The notes beneath the pieces were generated by a model. It saw only the letters and a program-made list of their open reading frames with translations. It was not told the DNA's origin and made no database searches. DNA of 64,000 bases from Bacteroidota bacterium (GTDB taxonomy: Bacteria > Bacteroidota > Bacteroidia > Sphingobacteriales > Sphingobacteriaceae): the NCBI GenBank assembly GCA_018266935.1, contig JAFDZL010000468.1, forward strand, positions 5,246 through 69,245, given 5' to 3'. The translations under genes and the position numbers were made by a program. This document shows, piece by piece, positions 38,637 to 47,592 of this stretch. Numbering within the stretch: the stretch's first letter is position 1; every line of letters starts with the position of its first letter.

Positions 38637-39947
38637 ATGGCCGATTCAAATAAACTTGGCTTATGGACCAGTACGTCGCTCGTAGTCGGCAACATGATAG
38701 GCGCGGGTATTTTTCTGATGCCTTCGGCCATGGCTTCCTTTGGCGGCATCGGTTTGCTGGGCTGGGTTTTTTCGGCGATAGGCTCCTTCTTCCTGGCTAA
38801 AGTCTTCAGTAACCTGAGCAGGTTGGTGCCGGACGCCAACGGAGGTCCTTATGCCTATACGCGCGCTGGGTTTGGTGATTTTGCGGCCTTCCTGGTAGCA
38901 TGGGGCTATAGTTTATCTATTTGCTGCGCCAACGCGGCTATCGTGGTATCATTTGTTAGTGCTATGAGTGTGTTTTTCCCGGTGCTGGCTACTAATACTA
39001 TTGCTGCGGTGGGAACTGGCTTAATCACAATATGGTTCATTACTTGGGTAAACACCCGAGGCATTATCGTCTCCGGGAAATTTCAATTGGTCACTACCAT
39101 TTTGAAACTTGTTCCGCTTTTACTGGTTGCTATCGGCGGATTGTTCTTTATAAAAACCGCTAATTTTCACCCTTTCAATTTAAGCGGCAAACCAACGTTT
39201 GATGCGATCAGCACCACGGCAGCCATGACCATGTTTGCGTTTGTAGGTATTGAATGCGCGACCATCCCTGCTGGAAGCACGGAAAATTCGGGCAAAACGG
39301 TTTCCCGGGCTACAATGCTCGGTGTCATCGTAGTAGCTCTGATCTATATTCTCGGAAGCTTTAGTGTGATAGGTTTAGTTCCGGCAACGATATTGGAAAA
39401 GTCAGCCACTCCTTACGCGGATGCCGCAGTCCTTATTTATGGCCCATCAGCCAGATACCTCGTAAGCGGTGGCGTCGCCATAGCCGCATTTGGCGCGCTG
39501 AATGGCTGGGTGATGGTACAGGGACAGGTGCCGGCGGCAATAGCGAAAGACAAATTGTTCCCCGAAATTTTCGGGCGCATGAACAAGAAGGGAGTACCAA
39601 CAACCGGCATGATCGTCAGTTGCATAGTGATCTCATGCCTGATGGCCATGAACTACACTAAAGGGCTTGTGGAACAGTTCAAATTCCTGTTATTGACGGC
39701 CACTTTAAGTGTGCTGGTGCCATACTCGCTTTCGGCTGTATCTTACATCGTTATCGGCGCAAAAAAGAGCGCGCTCGTCAAGGGCGGCCTGGCCGGCGCG
39801 GTTTTGCTTGGGCTTGTCGCATTCATTTACACCCTCTGGGAGATCTATGGCACAGGGCCGCAAACCGTTTTCTTCGGGTTTATTTACCTGATGCTGGGTG
39901 TGCCGTTTTATGCATGGGTGAGTTATAAAAGAAAGGTCGACACATAA
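38637..39947 (+). CDS. APC-superfamily amino acid permease
   Basis: SLVVGNMIGAGIFLMPS motif and ~12 TM segments. ATG at 38637. Confidence 0.85.
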   Translation: MADSNKLGLWTSTSLVVGNMIGAGIFLMPSAMASFGGIGLLGWVFSAIGSFFLAKVFSNLSRLVPDANGGPYAYTRAGFGDFAAFLVAWGYSLSICCANAAIVVSFVSAMSVFFPVLATNTIAAVGTGLITIWFITWVNTRGIIVSGKFQLVTTILKLVPLLLVAIGGLFFIKTANFHPFNLSGKPTFDAISTTAAMTMFAFVGIECATIPAGSTENSGKTVSRATMLGVIVVALIYILGSFSVIGLVPATILEKSATPYADAAVLIYGPSARYLVSGGVAIAAFGALNGWVMVQGQVPAAIAKDKLFPEIFGRMNKKGVPTTGMIVSCIVISCLMAMNYTKGLVEQFKFLLLTATLSVLVPYSLSAVSYIVIGAKKSALVKGGLAGAVLLGLVAFIYTLWEIYGTGPQTVFFGFIYLMLGVPFYAWVSYKRKVDT

Positions 39948-39957
39948 CTCCGCGCAT

Positions 39958-41463
39958 TTATTCTGCCAGATCGTCTTCCAACTGTTTATACAAGATATCC
40001 CTTTTTATCGGGTAGGCAGTTTTTGACTGTTCAAATGTGCCATCCTTTTTAATAATGAACATCGTAGGGAACCCGGTGCCTTTCACCTTGTCCATGATAT
40101 CATCTGTCAATTTCCTGTTGGCCATAATGTGCATACCTTCGAGGTTAAAGTAGGCAATCAATTTTTTCCAGTTATCTACACCGCCGCTCTCGTGATTTGC
40201 TACATATAAATAGTAAAGACCTTTATTTTTAAAATGCTCATGGATCGCCATCGTATTTTTTTCGATCTCTTCACGGCAGGGGCCGCACCAGGTTCCCCAC
40301 ATATCGACCAGAACTGTTTTTCCTTTCACAGCAGCAAGTACATCTTCCAGTGTGTTTAGTTTTATTCCATTATCTGCCATGAAAACCATTCTTTCATTTA
40401 TTGGTCTGTTTTGCCTGGATATAATATTTTCTACGTAGGAAGTAAATTCCTTTATGTAAGGGCTGTTGGGGTATTTGCTCTTAAAGTGTCCGAAAATCTC
40501 AGGAACATTGATCGGGTTGCTTTCGAGTTCCGTCTGCTCAAACAACACAGCATAAAGGTATTCCGCCGACCGGCCTGAAAAATATTTATTGATGATCTTT
40601 TCCTGCAATAAGTTGCTTACATCAGCCTTGTACAGCTTTTTACCTGCGCTGGTATCCGCACTATACCACTCACGGTAAAATGCTTGCGGATGGTCATAAG
40701 CTTCGCTCCACAAACGTTCTTTTTCCCGTATCAAAAACATATACAGTAAGCTCATATAATGAGGAGTTGTCAAGGCAGAATCGTTATTCAGTTTTGCCGT
40801 TGAAAACAGGCTATCGGTAGCCTTCTTCCACTGATCATAATTACGTTTGTAGGCGTCTTGTATCCGGAAATGATTTTCTGTTTCAAAATCAAAAAAGCGA
40901 TCAATAGAGAGGTAGTTAATATTCATGCGCCAATCTCTGGCAAAGGACTCCGAGGGGTTATATGTATTAATATAGCTGCTCAATATGTTTTCCTCTGATC
41001 TCTTATAAGCGCCGATCGCATTAAGCACTTTACGCGGTAAGGTATCGCCATAAAACCCGTCAAGCTCTATTCTTTTTATCAGGCCGATCAAGGGTTGATT
41101 GTTATTGCTTCCTTTGCCCGTTACCTTTATCCCAAAGTCTGGTTTGTCAAAATCTCCGGTAAAGGACAGATCATCGCCCGGAGAAAGGTAAAATGTGTAT
41201 CTAAAATTTTTGCTGTTCCGTTCGTTAGTCGCGGAAAAATAAACGGAGATAAATTCAGGACTTGTTGCTGCGAAATTATAGCCAGCGTTCCCGCCCTCCG
41301 TTAATGGAACTTCTATAGCGCCATCTTTGGGATGAGACCGGATATATGCGAAATAGTGCCCGGCGCTGCAATGACCAAGTGATACACGAAGAGTAGCATT
41401 TTGCGCTATGCAATGTGAAGTTATTAATAAAAAAAGGATTGTCGAGGCGGTAAGGTTCTTCAT
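39958..41463 (-). CDS. Secreted protein with a C-terminal TlpA-like thioredoxin domain
   Basis: Signal peptide, a long N-terminal domain, and C-terminal VLVDMWGTWCGPCREE. Confidence 0.75.
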   Translation of the reverse strand: MKNLTASTILFLLITSHCIAQNATLRVSLGHCSAGHYFAYIRSHPKDGAIEVPLTEGGNAGYNFAATSPEFISVYFSATNERNSKNFRYTFYLSPGDDLSFTGDFDKPDFGIKVTGKGSNNNQPLIGLIKRIELDGFYGDTLPRKVLNAIGAYKRSEENILSSYINTYNPSESFARDWRMNINYLSIDRFFDFETENHFRIQDAYKRNYDQWKKATDSLFSTAKLNNDSALTTPHYMSLLYMFLIREKERLWSEAYDHPQAFYREWYSADTSAGKKLYKADVSNLLQEKIINKYFSGRSAEYLYAVLFEQTELESNPINVPEIFGHFKSKYPNSPYIKEFTSYVENIISRQNRPINERMVFMADNGIKLNTLEDVLAAVKGKTVLVDMWGTWCGPCREEIEKNTMAIHEHFKNKGLYYLYVANHESGGVDNWKKLIAYFNLEGMHIMANRKLTDDIMDKVKGTGFPTMFIIKKDGTFEQSKTAYPIKRDILYKQLEDDLAE

Positions 41464-41593
41464 AAGGTTAGCTAATAAGTTGAAATCGGTTTATTAAAAT
41501 AGGTAACGTTACAATCCCAATTCTATTGCCGGATCTCAGAAATCATTTGAACACGATTTGAGAGATGTCATAGAGAGACAAGATTGCTCTTTG

Positions 41594-41926
41594 CTACAAG
41601 GCTAATTCTATTGCCGGGTCCCAGAAGACTTTTTTGAAATCCTGCACTTTATCGTTAATCACGATCACACCTTCCGATGCCAGCATTTGTTCCATCCTGT
41701 TACCGCCGAAGTGGAACTTGCCGGTAAGCAATCCCTGGCTGTTCACCACGCGGTGTGCCGGAACGGGCGGATCAGCCGTCCCGCAGGCCTGCATCGCATA
41801 GCCGACCATCCGCGCCGAGCCTTTGGTGCCGAGGTAATTGGCAACGGCGCCGTATGATGTTACCCGGCCGGGCGGTATGAGACGCACCACCTGGTAAACG
41901 AGGTCGTAGAAATTAGGCTCGGACAT
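41594..41926 (-). CDS. MGMT-family DNA-binding protein lacking the acceptor Cys (alkyltransferase-like)
   Basis: IPPGRVTSYG... has VPAHRVVN where the canonical motif is PCHRV. Confidence 0.8.
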   Translation of the reverse strand: MSEPNFYDLVYQVVRLIPPGRVTSYGAVANYLGTKGSARMVGYAMQACGTADPPVPAHRVVNSQGLLTGKFHFGGNRMEQMLASEGVIVINDKVQDFKKVFWDPAIELAL

Positions 41927-41927
41927 C

Positions 41928-42578
41928 TTATTCGAAAGAAAACTTAAGATAGTTGATATTCTTATTATCCTTCAAATATTTCTTTTCATAATAAGTTTTG
42001 ATGGACAGCACCTCGTCAGTGTGCGCCGAATGATACAGATCTTCGGTTTTGATGTGCAGCTTTAAGCCCAGTTCGCCAATTTTTTCAGCGGTGTAGGCAT
42101 GGAGGCCGTCATTGTCAGTTTTCAGGTTGATATATCCGCCTGGTTTAAGCACATGCCTGTACTTAACCAGGAAGCGGGGCGACGTCAATCGTTTTTTCTC
42201 ACGACTCACCTGCGGCTGCGGATCAGGGAAGGTGATCCATATTTCGTCTATCTCGCTTTCGCCGAAATAATCCATCAGGGTTTCAATCTGTATGCGAAGA
42301 AAACCCACATTCTTCACGCCCTCTTCCAATGCATCCTTGGCGCCGCGCCAGATACGGTTGCCTTTGTAATCGATGCCGATGAAGTTCTTATTTGGAAACA
42401 ATTTGGCCAGGTTCACCGTGTATTCGCCTTTGCCGCAGGCCAGTTCCAGCACAACCGGGTTATCGTTCTTAAAAAAATCCTTCGCCCACTTGCCCTTAAA
42501 GGGCAGCCCGGCATCTAATTGCACCACGTTGGGGAACGTGGCTACTTCGGCAAATCGTTTTAACTTGTCTTTTCCCAC
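41928..42578 (-). CDS. trmB: tRNA (guanine46-N7)-methyltransferase
   Basis: VLELACGKGEYTV and FPDPQP motifs. Confidence 0.9.
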   Translation of the reverse strand: MGKDKLKRFAEVATFPNVVQLDAGLPFKGKWAKDFFKNDNPVVLELACGKGEYTVNLAKLFPNKNFIGIDYKGNRIWRGAKDALEEGVKNVGFLRIQIETLMDYFGESEIDEIWITFPDPQPQVSREKKRLTSPRFLVKYRHVLKPGGYINLKTDNDGLHAYTAEKIGELGLKLHIKTEDLYHSAHTDEVLSIKTYYEKKYLKDNKNINYLKFSFE

Positions 42579-42595
42579 GCGGGCAAAAATAGAAG

Positions 42596-42731
42596 AAAGT
42601 CCGCAAGTCCGAAAGTCCGCGTAAGTCCGGAAGACAGATTAAGGAAACGGTCGTGTTCGTTGCCGGATTTGGCAAACGCAGGGGATAAATCAATCTTTCG
42701 GACTTTCCGACTTATGCGGACTTTCGGACTG
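42596..42731. repeat. Inverted AGTCCGAAAGTCCGC-word arms
   Basis: The left arm is gaaagtccgcaagtccgaaagtccgcgtaagtccggaag. The right arm is ctttcggactttccgacttatgcggactttcggactgc. Confidence 0.7.
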
Positions 42732-42732
42732 C

Positions 42733-43152
42733 TTAAGACGCTTCACTTTCCGGCGGGATGCCGTAATCTTCGTGCTTTTCTTTTTTTTCAAACATGGATT
42801 TAACCTTGTCCCAAAGGCCGGTAACTGATTCCTCGTTGATATATTTTGAGGCTTGTTGCGAAAGCAGGCCCACCAAACCCTTCACCAAAAAGTTCGACTT
42901 CCGAAATACCGTCTGGTTCAGCGCAACGGGCAGTACAATACGGGATAAGAGCCCGAACAGGTCCTGGCTAAAAATACTGGTTTTCGAATCGTCGCCCTGC
43001 GCTTTCGGAAATATGGTAAGCAATGTGGAAAACGTCGCCATAGGCGAATTGAACCGCTTTGCCAGCGCCTCTCCCTGTTCCTGTTTTACTACACGCAGGC
43101 GGGCTATTTCGGCCCTTAACTCTTCTATATTGTTGATCGATGCGCCTGCCAT
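42733..43152 (-). CDS. Hypothetical protein (third gene of the YtxH/holin-like cluster)
   Basis: 139-aa ORF starting 2 nt after the previous stop. No family recognised. Confidence 0.5.
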   Translation of the reverse strand: MAGASINNIEELRAEIARLRVVKQEQGEALAKRFNSPMATFSTLLTIFPKAQGDDSKTSIFSQDLFGLLSRIVLPVALNQTVFRKSNFLVKGLVGLLSQQASKYINEESVTGLWDKVKSMFEKKEKHEDYGIPPESEAS

Positions 43153-43153
43153 G

Positions 43154-43492
43154 TTATTTAAAGAAATTTTTAATAAGCGTATTAGCGAGCGAGGGGCGCA
43201 TTTTGTCTTTGCGTTTCATCAGGACCCATCCTATAATGATATACACCCCTGCCATGGTACCAAAGCCCGCCCAATAGGAATGCATAAAGTTCGACAGCAG
43301 CAGCGCCAGCGCCACGCTGATGAACAGGAATGCCACGATAAAACAAACGGCGATGGCCAGATCGACGATAAGGCCGGACAAAAATTTAGCGCCCTGCTCT
43401 ATAGCCTCAAGCTTCACCAGTTCGACCTGCGTATCGATGTACTCCTTTACCTGCTCGATTATTGGTTGCGGAGCTTCTTTTTCCTCTTCCAT
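43154..43492 (-). CDS. Phage-holin-family (Holin-X/DUF1469-like) membrane protein
   Basis: An amphipathic N-terminus, then two TM segments. This pattern is common beside YtxH genes. Confidence 0.55.
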   Translation of the reverse strand: MEEEKEAPQPIIEQVKEYIDTQVELVKLEAIEQGAKFLSGLIVDLAIAVCFIVAFLFISVALALLLSNFMHSYWAGFGTMAGVYIIIGWVLMKRKDKMRPSLANTLIKNFFK

Positions 43493-43537
43493 TTAGCTTA
43501 TAACTGTGCCGGCCGGAGCCGGAAATATGGTCAATGT

Positions 43538-43849
43538 TCAGGCGTGCTCCAGGTCGTCGCGGTATTCTTCTTCCACGCCGTTCATTTTGGTTTTGATATT
43601 ATCAACCACCTTATCCTTCAGGCCCCTCAGGTTATCGATCTCCGTGGCTGCGGTTTCCCTTATCGAATCACCCAGTTTCTTCAGCGAGTCATTTAGTTTA
43701 TCACGTGTTTCGGTGCCTTTATCCGGTGCGAACAGTATGCCCAAAGCTGCACCGGCCGCCAAACCCGCAAGCAGTGCAACTATTACTTTTGTATTGTCAT
43801 TCATAGCATTATAATTTTTTTTGTAGTATTTTGTTTTTCCTATGGTCAA
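43538..43849 (-). CDS. YtxH-domain protein
   Basis: LLAGLAAGAALGILFAPDKGTETRDKL is the typical YtxH N-terminus. Confidence 0.7.
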   Translation of the reverse strand: MTIGKTKYYKKNYNAMNDNTKVIVALLAGLAAGAALGILFAPDKGTETRDKLNDSLKKLGDSIRETAATEIDNLRGLKDKVVDNIKTKMNGVEEEYRDDLEHA

Positions 43850-43874
43850 TTTTCGTGCCGTTTAAGCAAAAAGA

Positions 43875-44921
43875 CTAATTGTCTGTATTGCTCGTCCTTA
43901 TCCGCTCCAGCCTGTCGGCCGCCCGCCGGTTAGTCTCGTATATCTCTAACAAAAGTAAGAAATAAGACAATAACAGTGGTCCGAAAACCAAACCTAAAAT
44001 GCCGAACAGCGGCAGACCGATGAAAACGCCGATAACCGATATAATGGGATGCGTGTTAGCCAGCCGCTTGTTAATGATCATTCGTAATACGTTATCGATA
44101 TTGCCGATAAATAATAAACCGTAAGCCAGCAAGCCAATGCCTTTTAGTACATGGCCTGTGGCCATTAATATAATTGCGGCAGGGATGGTGAGCGTTGGTG
44201 CGCCGACGACCGGTAAAAACGAAATGAAAGCGCCGATAGCGCCCCAAAAAACCGGGTCGGGCAGGCCGAAAGCGAAAAAGCCAAGAGCCAGCAGTGTTCC
44301 CTGTGTTAAGGCGATGATCCCCTGCCCCAGCACGTTGCTGTAAGTGGCATTGTGCAAGGCCTCCGAAAAGCGAAGCGCGTGCTGCTCGCGGAAGGGCGCA
44401 TATTTTAACAGGCCGGCTTCGAACTGGTCCTTTTGCGTGAACATAAAAAACAGCAGGAAATACATGACCAGCAATGTGAGCAATATGTTTCCGATGCCGG
44501 TGATTATGGAAGGGAAAAGCTGGGTGGCATAAGCACCCAGTTTTTGCAGCGTTTCTTCGGCCAGTTTGGGGTCGCCGAGGTGATGGCCCGAAAATATGTC
44601 GATCTTATATATCCAATCCTGTATAGGAAACGACCGGCTATTGATCCCGGCTATTTTATCGACCACCATGATGCACAAAAAAAGCATGGGTATGACGATG
44701 ACGATAAGCGATATCAGCATAATGATGAGCGCGGAAATGGTTTTATTCCAGTTCCTTTTGTCCACCATATCGATATACATAGGCCTGAAGATGGTGAACA
44801 GGACGATAGCGCCGAGGATCGAACTAAATAAGCCGCTCAACGCATACAGCAGGAAACATCCCAGTATGATAATACAAATGAGGACGATGTTGTTGCGCTG
44901 CTTATAATTGAAGATCGACAT
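43875..44921 (-). CDS. AI-2E family transporter (PerM-like)
   Basis: 348 aa, polytopic, with GLPDPVFWGAIGAFISFLPVVG-type motifs. Confidence 0.85.
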   Translation of the reverse strand: MSIFNYKQRNNIVLICIIILGCFLLYALSGLFSSILGAIVLFTIFRPMYIDMVDKRNWNKTISALIIMLISLIVIVIPMLFLCIMVVDKIAGINSRSFPIQDWIYKIDIFSGHHLGDPKLAEETLQKLGAYATQLFPSIITGIGNILLTLLVMYFLLFFMFTQKDQFEAGLLKYAPFREQHALRFSEALHNATYSNVLGQGIIALTQGTLLALGFFAFGLPDPVFWGAIGAFISFLPVVGAPTLTIPAAIILMATGHVLKGIGLLAYGLLFIGNIDNVLRMIINKRLANTHPIISVIGVFIGLPLFGILGLVFGPLLLSYFLLLLEIYETNRRAADRLERIRTSNTDN

Positions 44922-44951
44922 TGGGATACGGCAATGGTACTACCTATAAAC

Positions 44952-44985
44952 AACAAATGTCTGAAAAGTTTTCAGACACTTTGTT
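44952..44985 (-). terminator. Hairpin terminator after the regulator/DHp-ORF pair
   Basis: 16-bp stem aacaaatgtctgaaaa/tttcagacactttgtt with one mismatch. Confidence 0.5.
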
Positions 44986-45008
44986 AAAATATGTTAATTG
45001 ACAGGCAG

Positions 45009-45218
45009 TTAGCCCAGGTCGTCGAGCAGCATGTTGATCTTGGCGCATGCGCCCGCTATCGTATTGATATAGAATGCGCTATCGGTAGTGACGTCGTCGG
45101 GGATTTCGTATCGGAGCTGTTCGAGGGAAAGGTTGATATTTGAAAGCTGGTTTCTGATATCATGCCGTACGCGGCGAATATTGCTTTCAGCCGGCTTGCC
45201 CTCATTTGGCTCTTCCAT
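45009..45218 (-). CDS. Stand-alone histidine-kinase DHp (HisKA-like) mini-protein
   Basis: 69 aa with the H-box RRVRHDIRNQLSNINLSLEQL and no ATPase domain. It starts 4 nt after the regulator gene's stop. Confidence 0.5.
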   Translation of the reverse strand: MEEPNEGKPAESNIRRVRHDIRNQLSNINLSLEQLRYEIPDDVTTDSAFYINTIAGACAKINMLLDDLG

Positions 45219-45222
45219 ATTA

Positions 45223-46647
45223 CTACTTGCTTAAATTGATCGCCTTCATTTTATTATACAATGTTTTCCGGTCGATGTTCAATATTTCGGCAGCTTTGGT
45301 TTTGTTAAAGTTTACTTCGCGCAACACTTTCAAAATGGTATCGTATTCGGCCTCCTGCGCGGCGTTTTTCAGGTCGTGACGGCTTTCCCTGGCTGCAACC
45401 GGTTCTTCGGCTGCGACAGCCGTGTAGCTTGGTTCCGGTACGGCCGAGGCCCTGTAGTTAGATATCTCGAGCGGCAAAGCCTTCAATTGTATCACATCGC
45501 CTTCAGTGATCAGCGTTGCCCGGCGAACCACGTTTTTCAGTTCGCGGATATTACCTGCCCAGCGGTAGTTCATAAAGCACTCTTCCACTTCCGGCGAGAA
45601 TCCTTGCACGTTGCGGTTCAGTTCGGCATTGGCCATCTGTAAAAAGTGATTGGCCAAAAGCATAATGTCGCTGCCCAGTTCGCGCAGGGCAGGCATATAG
45701 ATAGTAAATTCGTTGAAACGGTGATAAAGGTCCTCGCGGAAACGTCCTTTCGAAATGCCATCCTGCAGGTTCTCGTTGGTGGCGATGATGATGCGCACAT
45801 CCAGGTCTATCTCCTTGGTGCTGCCTATGCGTTTTACCTTTCTTTCCTGTACGGTGCGCAGCAGTGCCGCCTGGATGTCGTAGGACAGGTTACCCACCTC
45901 GTCCAGGAACAGTGTGCCGCCGTTGGCCATTTCAAAGTGACCGATCTTGGTATATAAAGCGCCGGTGAACGAGCCTTTTTCGTGACCGAAAAACTCGCTG
46001 GCCGCCAGTTCCTTCGTCAGCGAACCGCAGTCCATCGCAATGAACGGCATACTCGCGCGCTGGCTATGCAGGTGTATATTTTTAGCGGCCGATTCCTTAC
46101 CGGTGCCGCTTTCGCCCAAAATAATAACACTGTAATTGGTTGGAGCCACCAGTTCTATCTGGCGGGCAAGCTCTTTCGCCGCCCTGCTGCTGCCCACCAC
46201 AAATTCGCTGTTGGGCAGTTGCGGCTTTTTACCGTTGCTTGGTTTCGAAACCATAACCGAGCCTTCCGGTTCGTCAACCAATGCATGGTGCGTTTCGAAA
46301 GCTTTATTGATCGTATTCAGGATCTCATCCGGATAGAGCGGCTTGGTGATGTAATCGTAAGCGCCCATCTTGATCAGTTCCACAGCCATTTTGATATCCG
46401 AATAGCCGGTAATGATGATCACGCCCGTCTTCGGGTATTGGCTCTTGATGGTTTTCAGCATTTCGCGGCCATCGGTATCCTCCAGCCGAAAGTCGCAGAG
46501 CACAAGATCAAATGACCCGTTCTTCAGGAATTCCAAACCGTTTGCGCCGGTGGCGGCAGTGGTAACGTCAAAACCGTTGCGCGTTAAAAATTTCGACAAT
46601 AACAGCGCAACATTCACTTCATCATCAATGATGAGTATTTTCTTCAT
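45223..46647 (-). CDS. Sigma-54-dependent response regulator (NtrC family)
   Basis: Receiver domain (ILIIDDE...DLVLCDFRL), AAA+ domain (GESGTGKE, GSFTGA) and a C-terminal Fis-type HTH. Confidence 0.9.
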   Translation of the reverse strand: MKKILIIDDEVNVALLLSKFLTRNGFDVTTAATGANGLEFLKNGSFDLVLCDFRLEDTDGREMLKTIKSQYPKTGVIIITGYSDIKMAVELIKMGAYDYITKPLYPDEILNTINKAFETHHALVDEPEGSVMVSKPSNGKKPQLPNSEFVVGSSRAAKELARQIELVAPTNYSVIILGESGTGKESAAKNIHLHSQRASMPFIAMDCGSLTKELAASEFFGHEKGSFTGALYTKIGHFEMANGGTLFLDEVGNLSYDIQAALLRTVQERKVKRIGSTKEIDLDVRIIIATNENLQDGISKGRFREDLYHRFNEFTIYMPALRELGSDIMLLANHFLQMANAELNRNVQGFSPEVEECFMNYRWAGNIRELKNVVRRATLITEGDVIQLKALPLEISNYRASAVPEPSYTAVAAEEPVAARESRHDLKNAAQEAEYDTILKVLREVNFNKTKAAEILNIDRKTLYNKMKAINLSK

Positions 46648-46764
46648 AAAGGTGTAAAGCTAATTCTGACAGGTAAACGGATTCCTGCAACGTCAAGTTA
46701 CATACAAAAATGCTAAATTTTCAGGTGATAATTAATTAACAAGCTATTTTTTCAATCCTGGAAG

Positions 46765-46801
46765 CAAAAAAACGGCGAAAGGGCCCTGTTTAGGCCCTTT
46801 C
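46765..46801 (-). terminator. Rho-independent terminator of the OMP gene
   Basis: Stem gaaagggcc/ggccctttc, followed on the minus strand by gccgttttttt. Confidence 0.65.
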
Positions 46802-46825
46802 ACACTTTAATTCGCTGGTAGAAAA

Positions 46826-47425
46826 TTACTTAGTATCAAAAGCATAAGCAACGCGCAGGCCGAAGAAATTCACGGTGCTGTTGTCAACGTTGCTGTTGAA
46901 TTTGGTAGTGCCTTCCCAGCGTACGCCCGCGTCTAAGTAGCTCTTGCCGCCAAGCGCGAACTGGTAACCGATCTGCGGCGCGTACAGGAATGCAGCGCTG
47001 TTGTCAAAGTTAAAATCTGACTTGTTCAGCACGAAAGCCGCACCTGCTTCACCCTGGATGTAAAAGTGGCTAACAGGGAAATATTTCAAACCGGCCTTTA
47101 CAGGAAGCAGCTGCAGGTTGGTTTGATCCACACCGGTTCCGTTGATATTGCTTTTACCAAAGAAGTTGTTGTAGCCGGCATTAACTGTTACGAACAACTG
47201 ATTTTTTACAACCGGGATATCGGCCTGTACGGAGCCGCCCAGGTTCCAGTCATAGCTATCGGAAAATTTGCCGGTAGGGATACCCGCATCAGCGCCGACG
47301 CTTAAAATTACTCCGTTCGATGATGCTGTTTTTGTGGTAGATGCAGGGTTCGATTGTGCATTTGCGCCATAAGCCAAACCGGCGAAGGCGACAACTAATG
47401 CTGTGAATTTGAATGAATTTTTCAT
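46826..47425 (-). CDS. Outer-membrane beta-barrel (porin-family) protein
   Basis: The start at MKNSFKFTALVVAFAGLAYGANAQ gives a signal peptide. The C-terminus reads ...FGLRVAYAFDTK. Confidence 0.7.
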   Translation of the reverse strand: MKNSFKFTALVVAFAGLAYGANAQSNPASTTKTASSNGVILSVGADAGIPTGKFSDSYDWNLGGSVQADIPVVKNQLFVTVNAGYNNFFGKSNINGTGVDQTNLQLLPVKAGLKYFPVSHFYIQGEAGAAFVLNKSDFNFDNSAAFLYAPQIGYQFALGGKSYLDAGVRWEGTTKFNSNVDNSTVNFFGLRVAYAFDTK

Positions 47426-47592
47426 GATGTTATGTTTTTTGTAGATGTGCTTTTTAGAACACGGTGGCAAAGTAAAGCCGAAAACTAACACGGAGTTTCA
47501 TCCCAATGTCACGATTATTCAATCGTTTGATTAACAGCGAATTATTTTTGACTATTTTTCTGAATTAGTCAGTTTATTGTCAAAAAAGTGGC

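Noticed and set aside
42794-43696. 300-aa ORF on the plus strand
   Set aside because: It runs antisense across three well-supported minus-strand genes (the hypothetical gene, the holin-like gene and the YtxH gene) and their intergenic gaps. No motifs are present.
44922-45008. Sigma-54 (-24/-12) promoter for genes next to the NtrC-type regulator
   Set aside because: The best candidate on the minus strand (aGGtagtaccattGCc) has GG-to-GC spacing one nt too long and a poor match to the flanks of TGGCAC-N5-TTGC. Nothing better was seen upstream of the OMP gene at 47426-47560.
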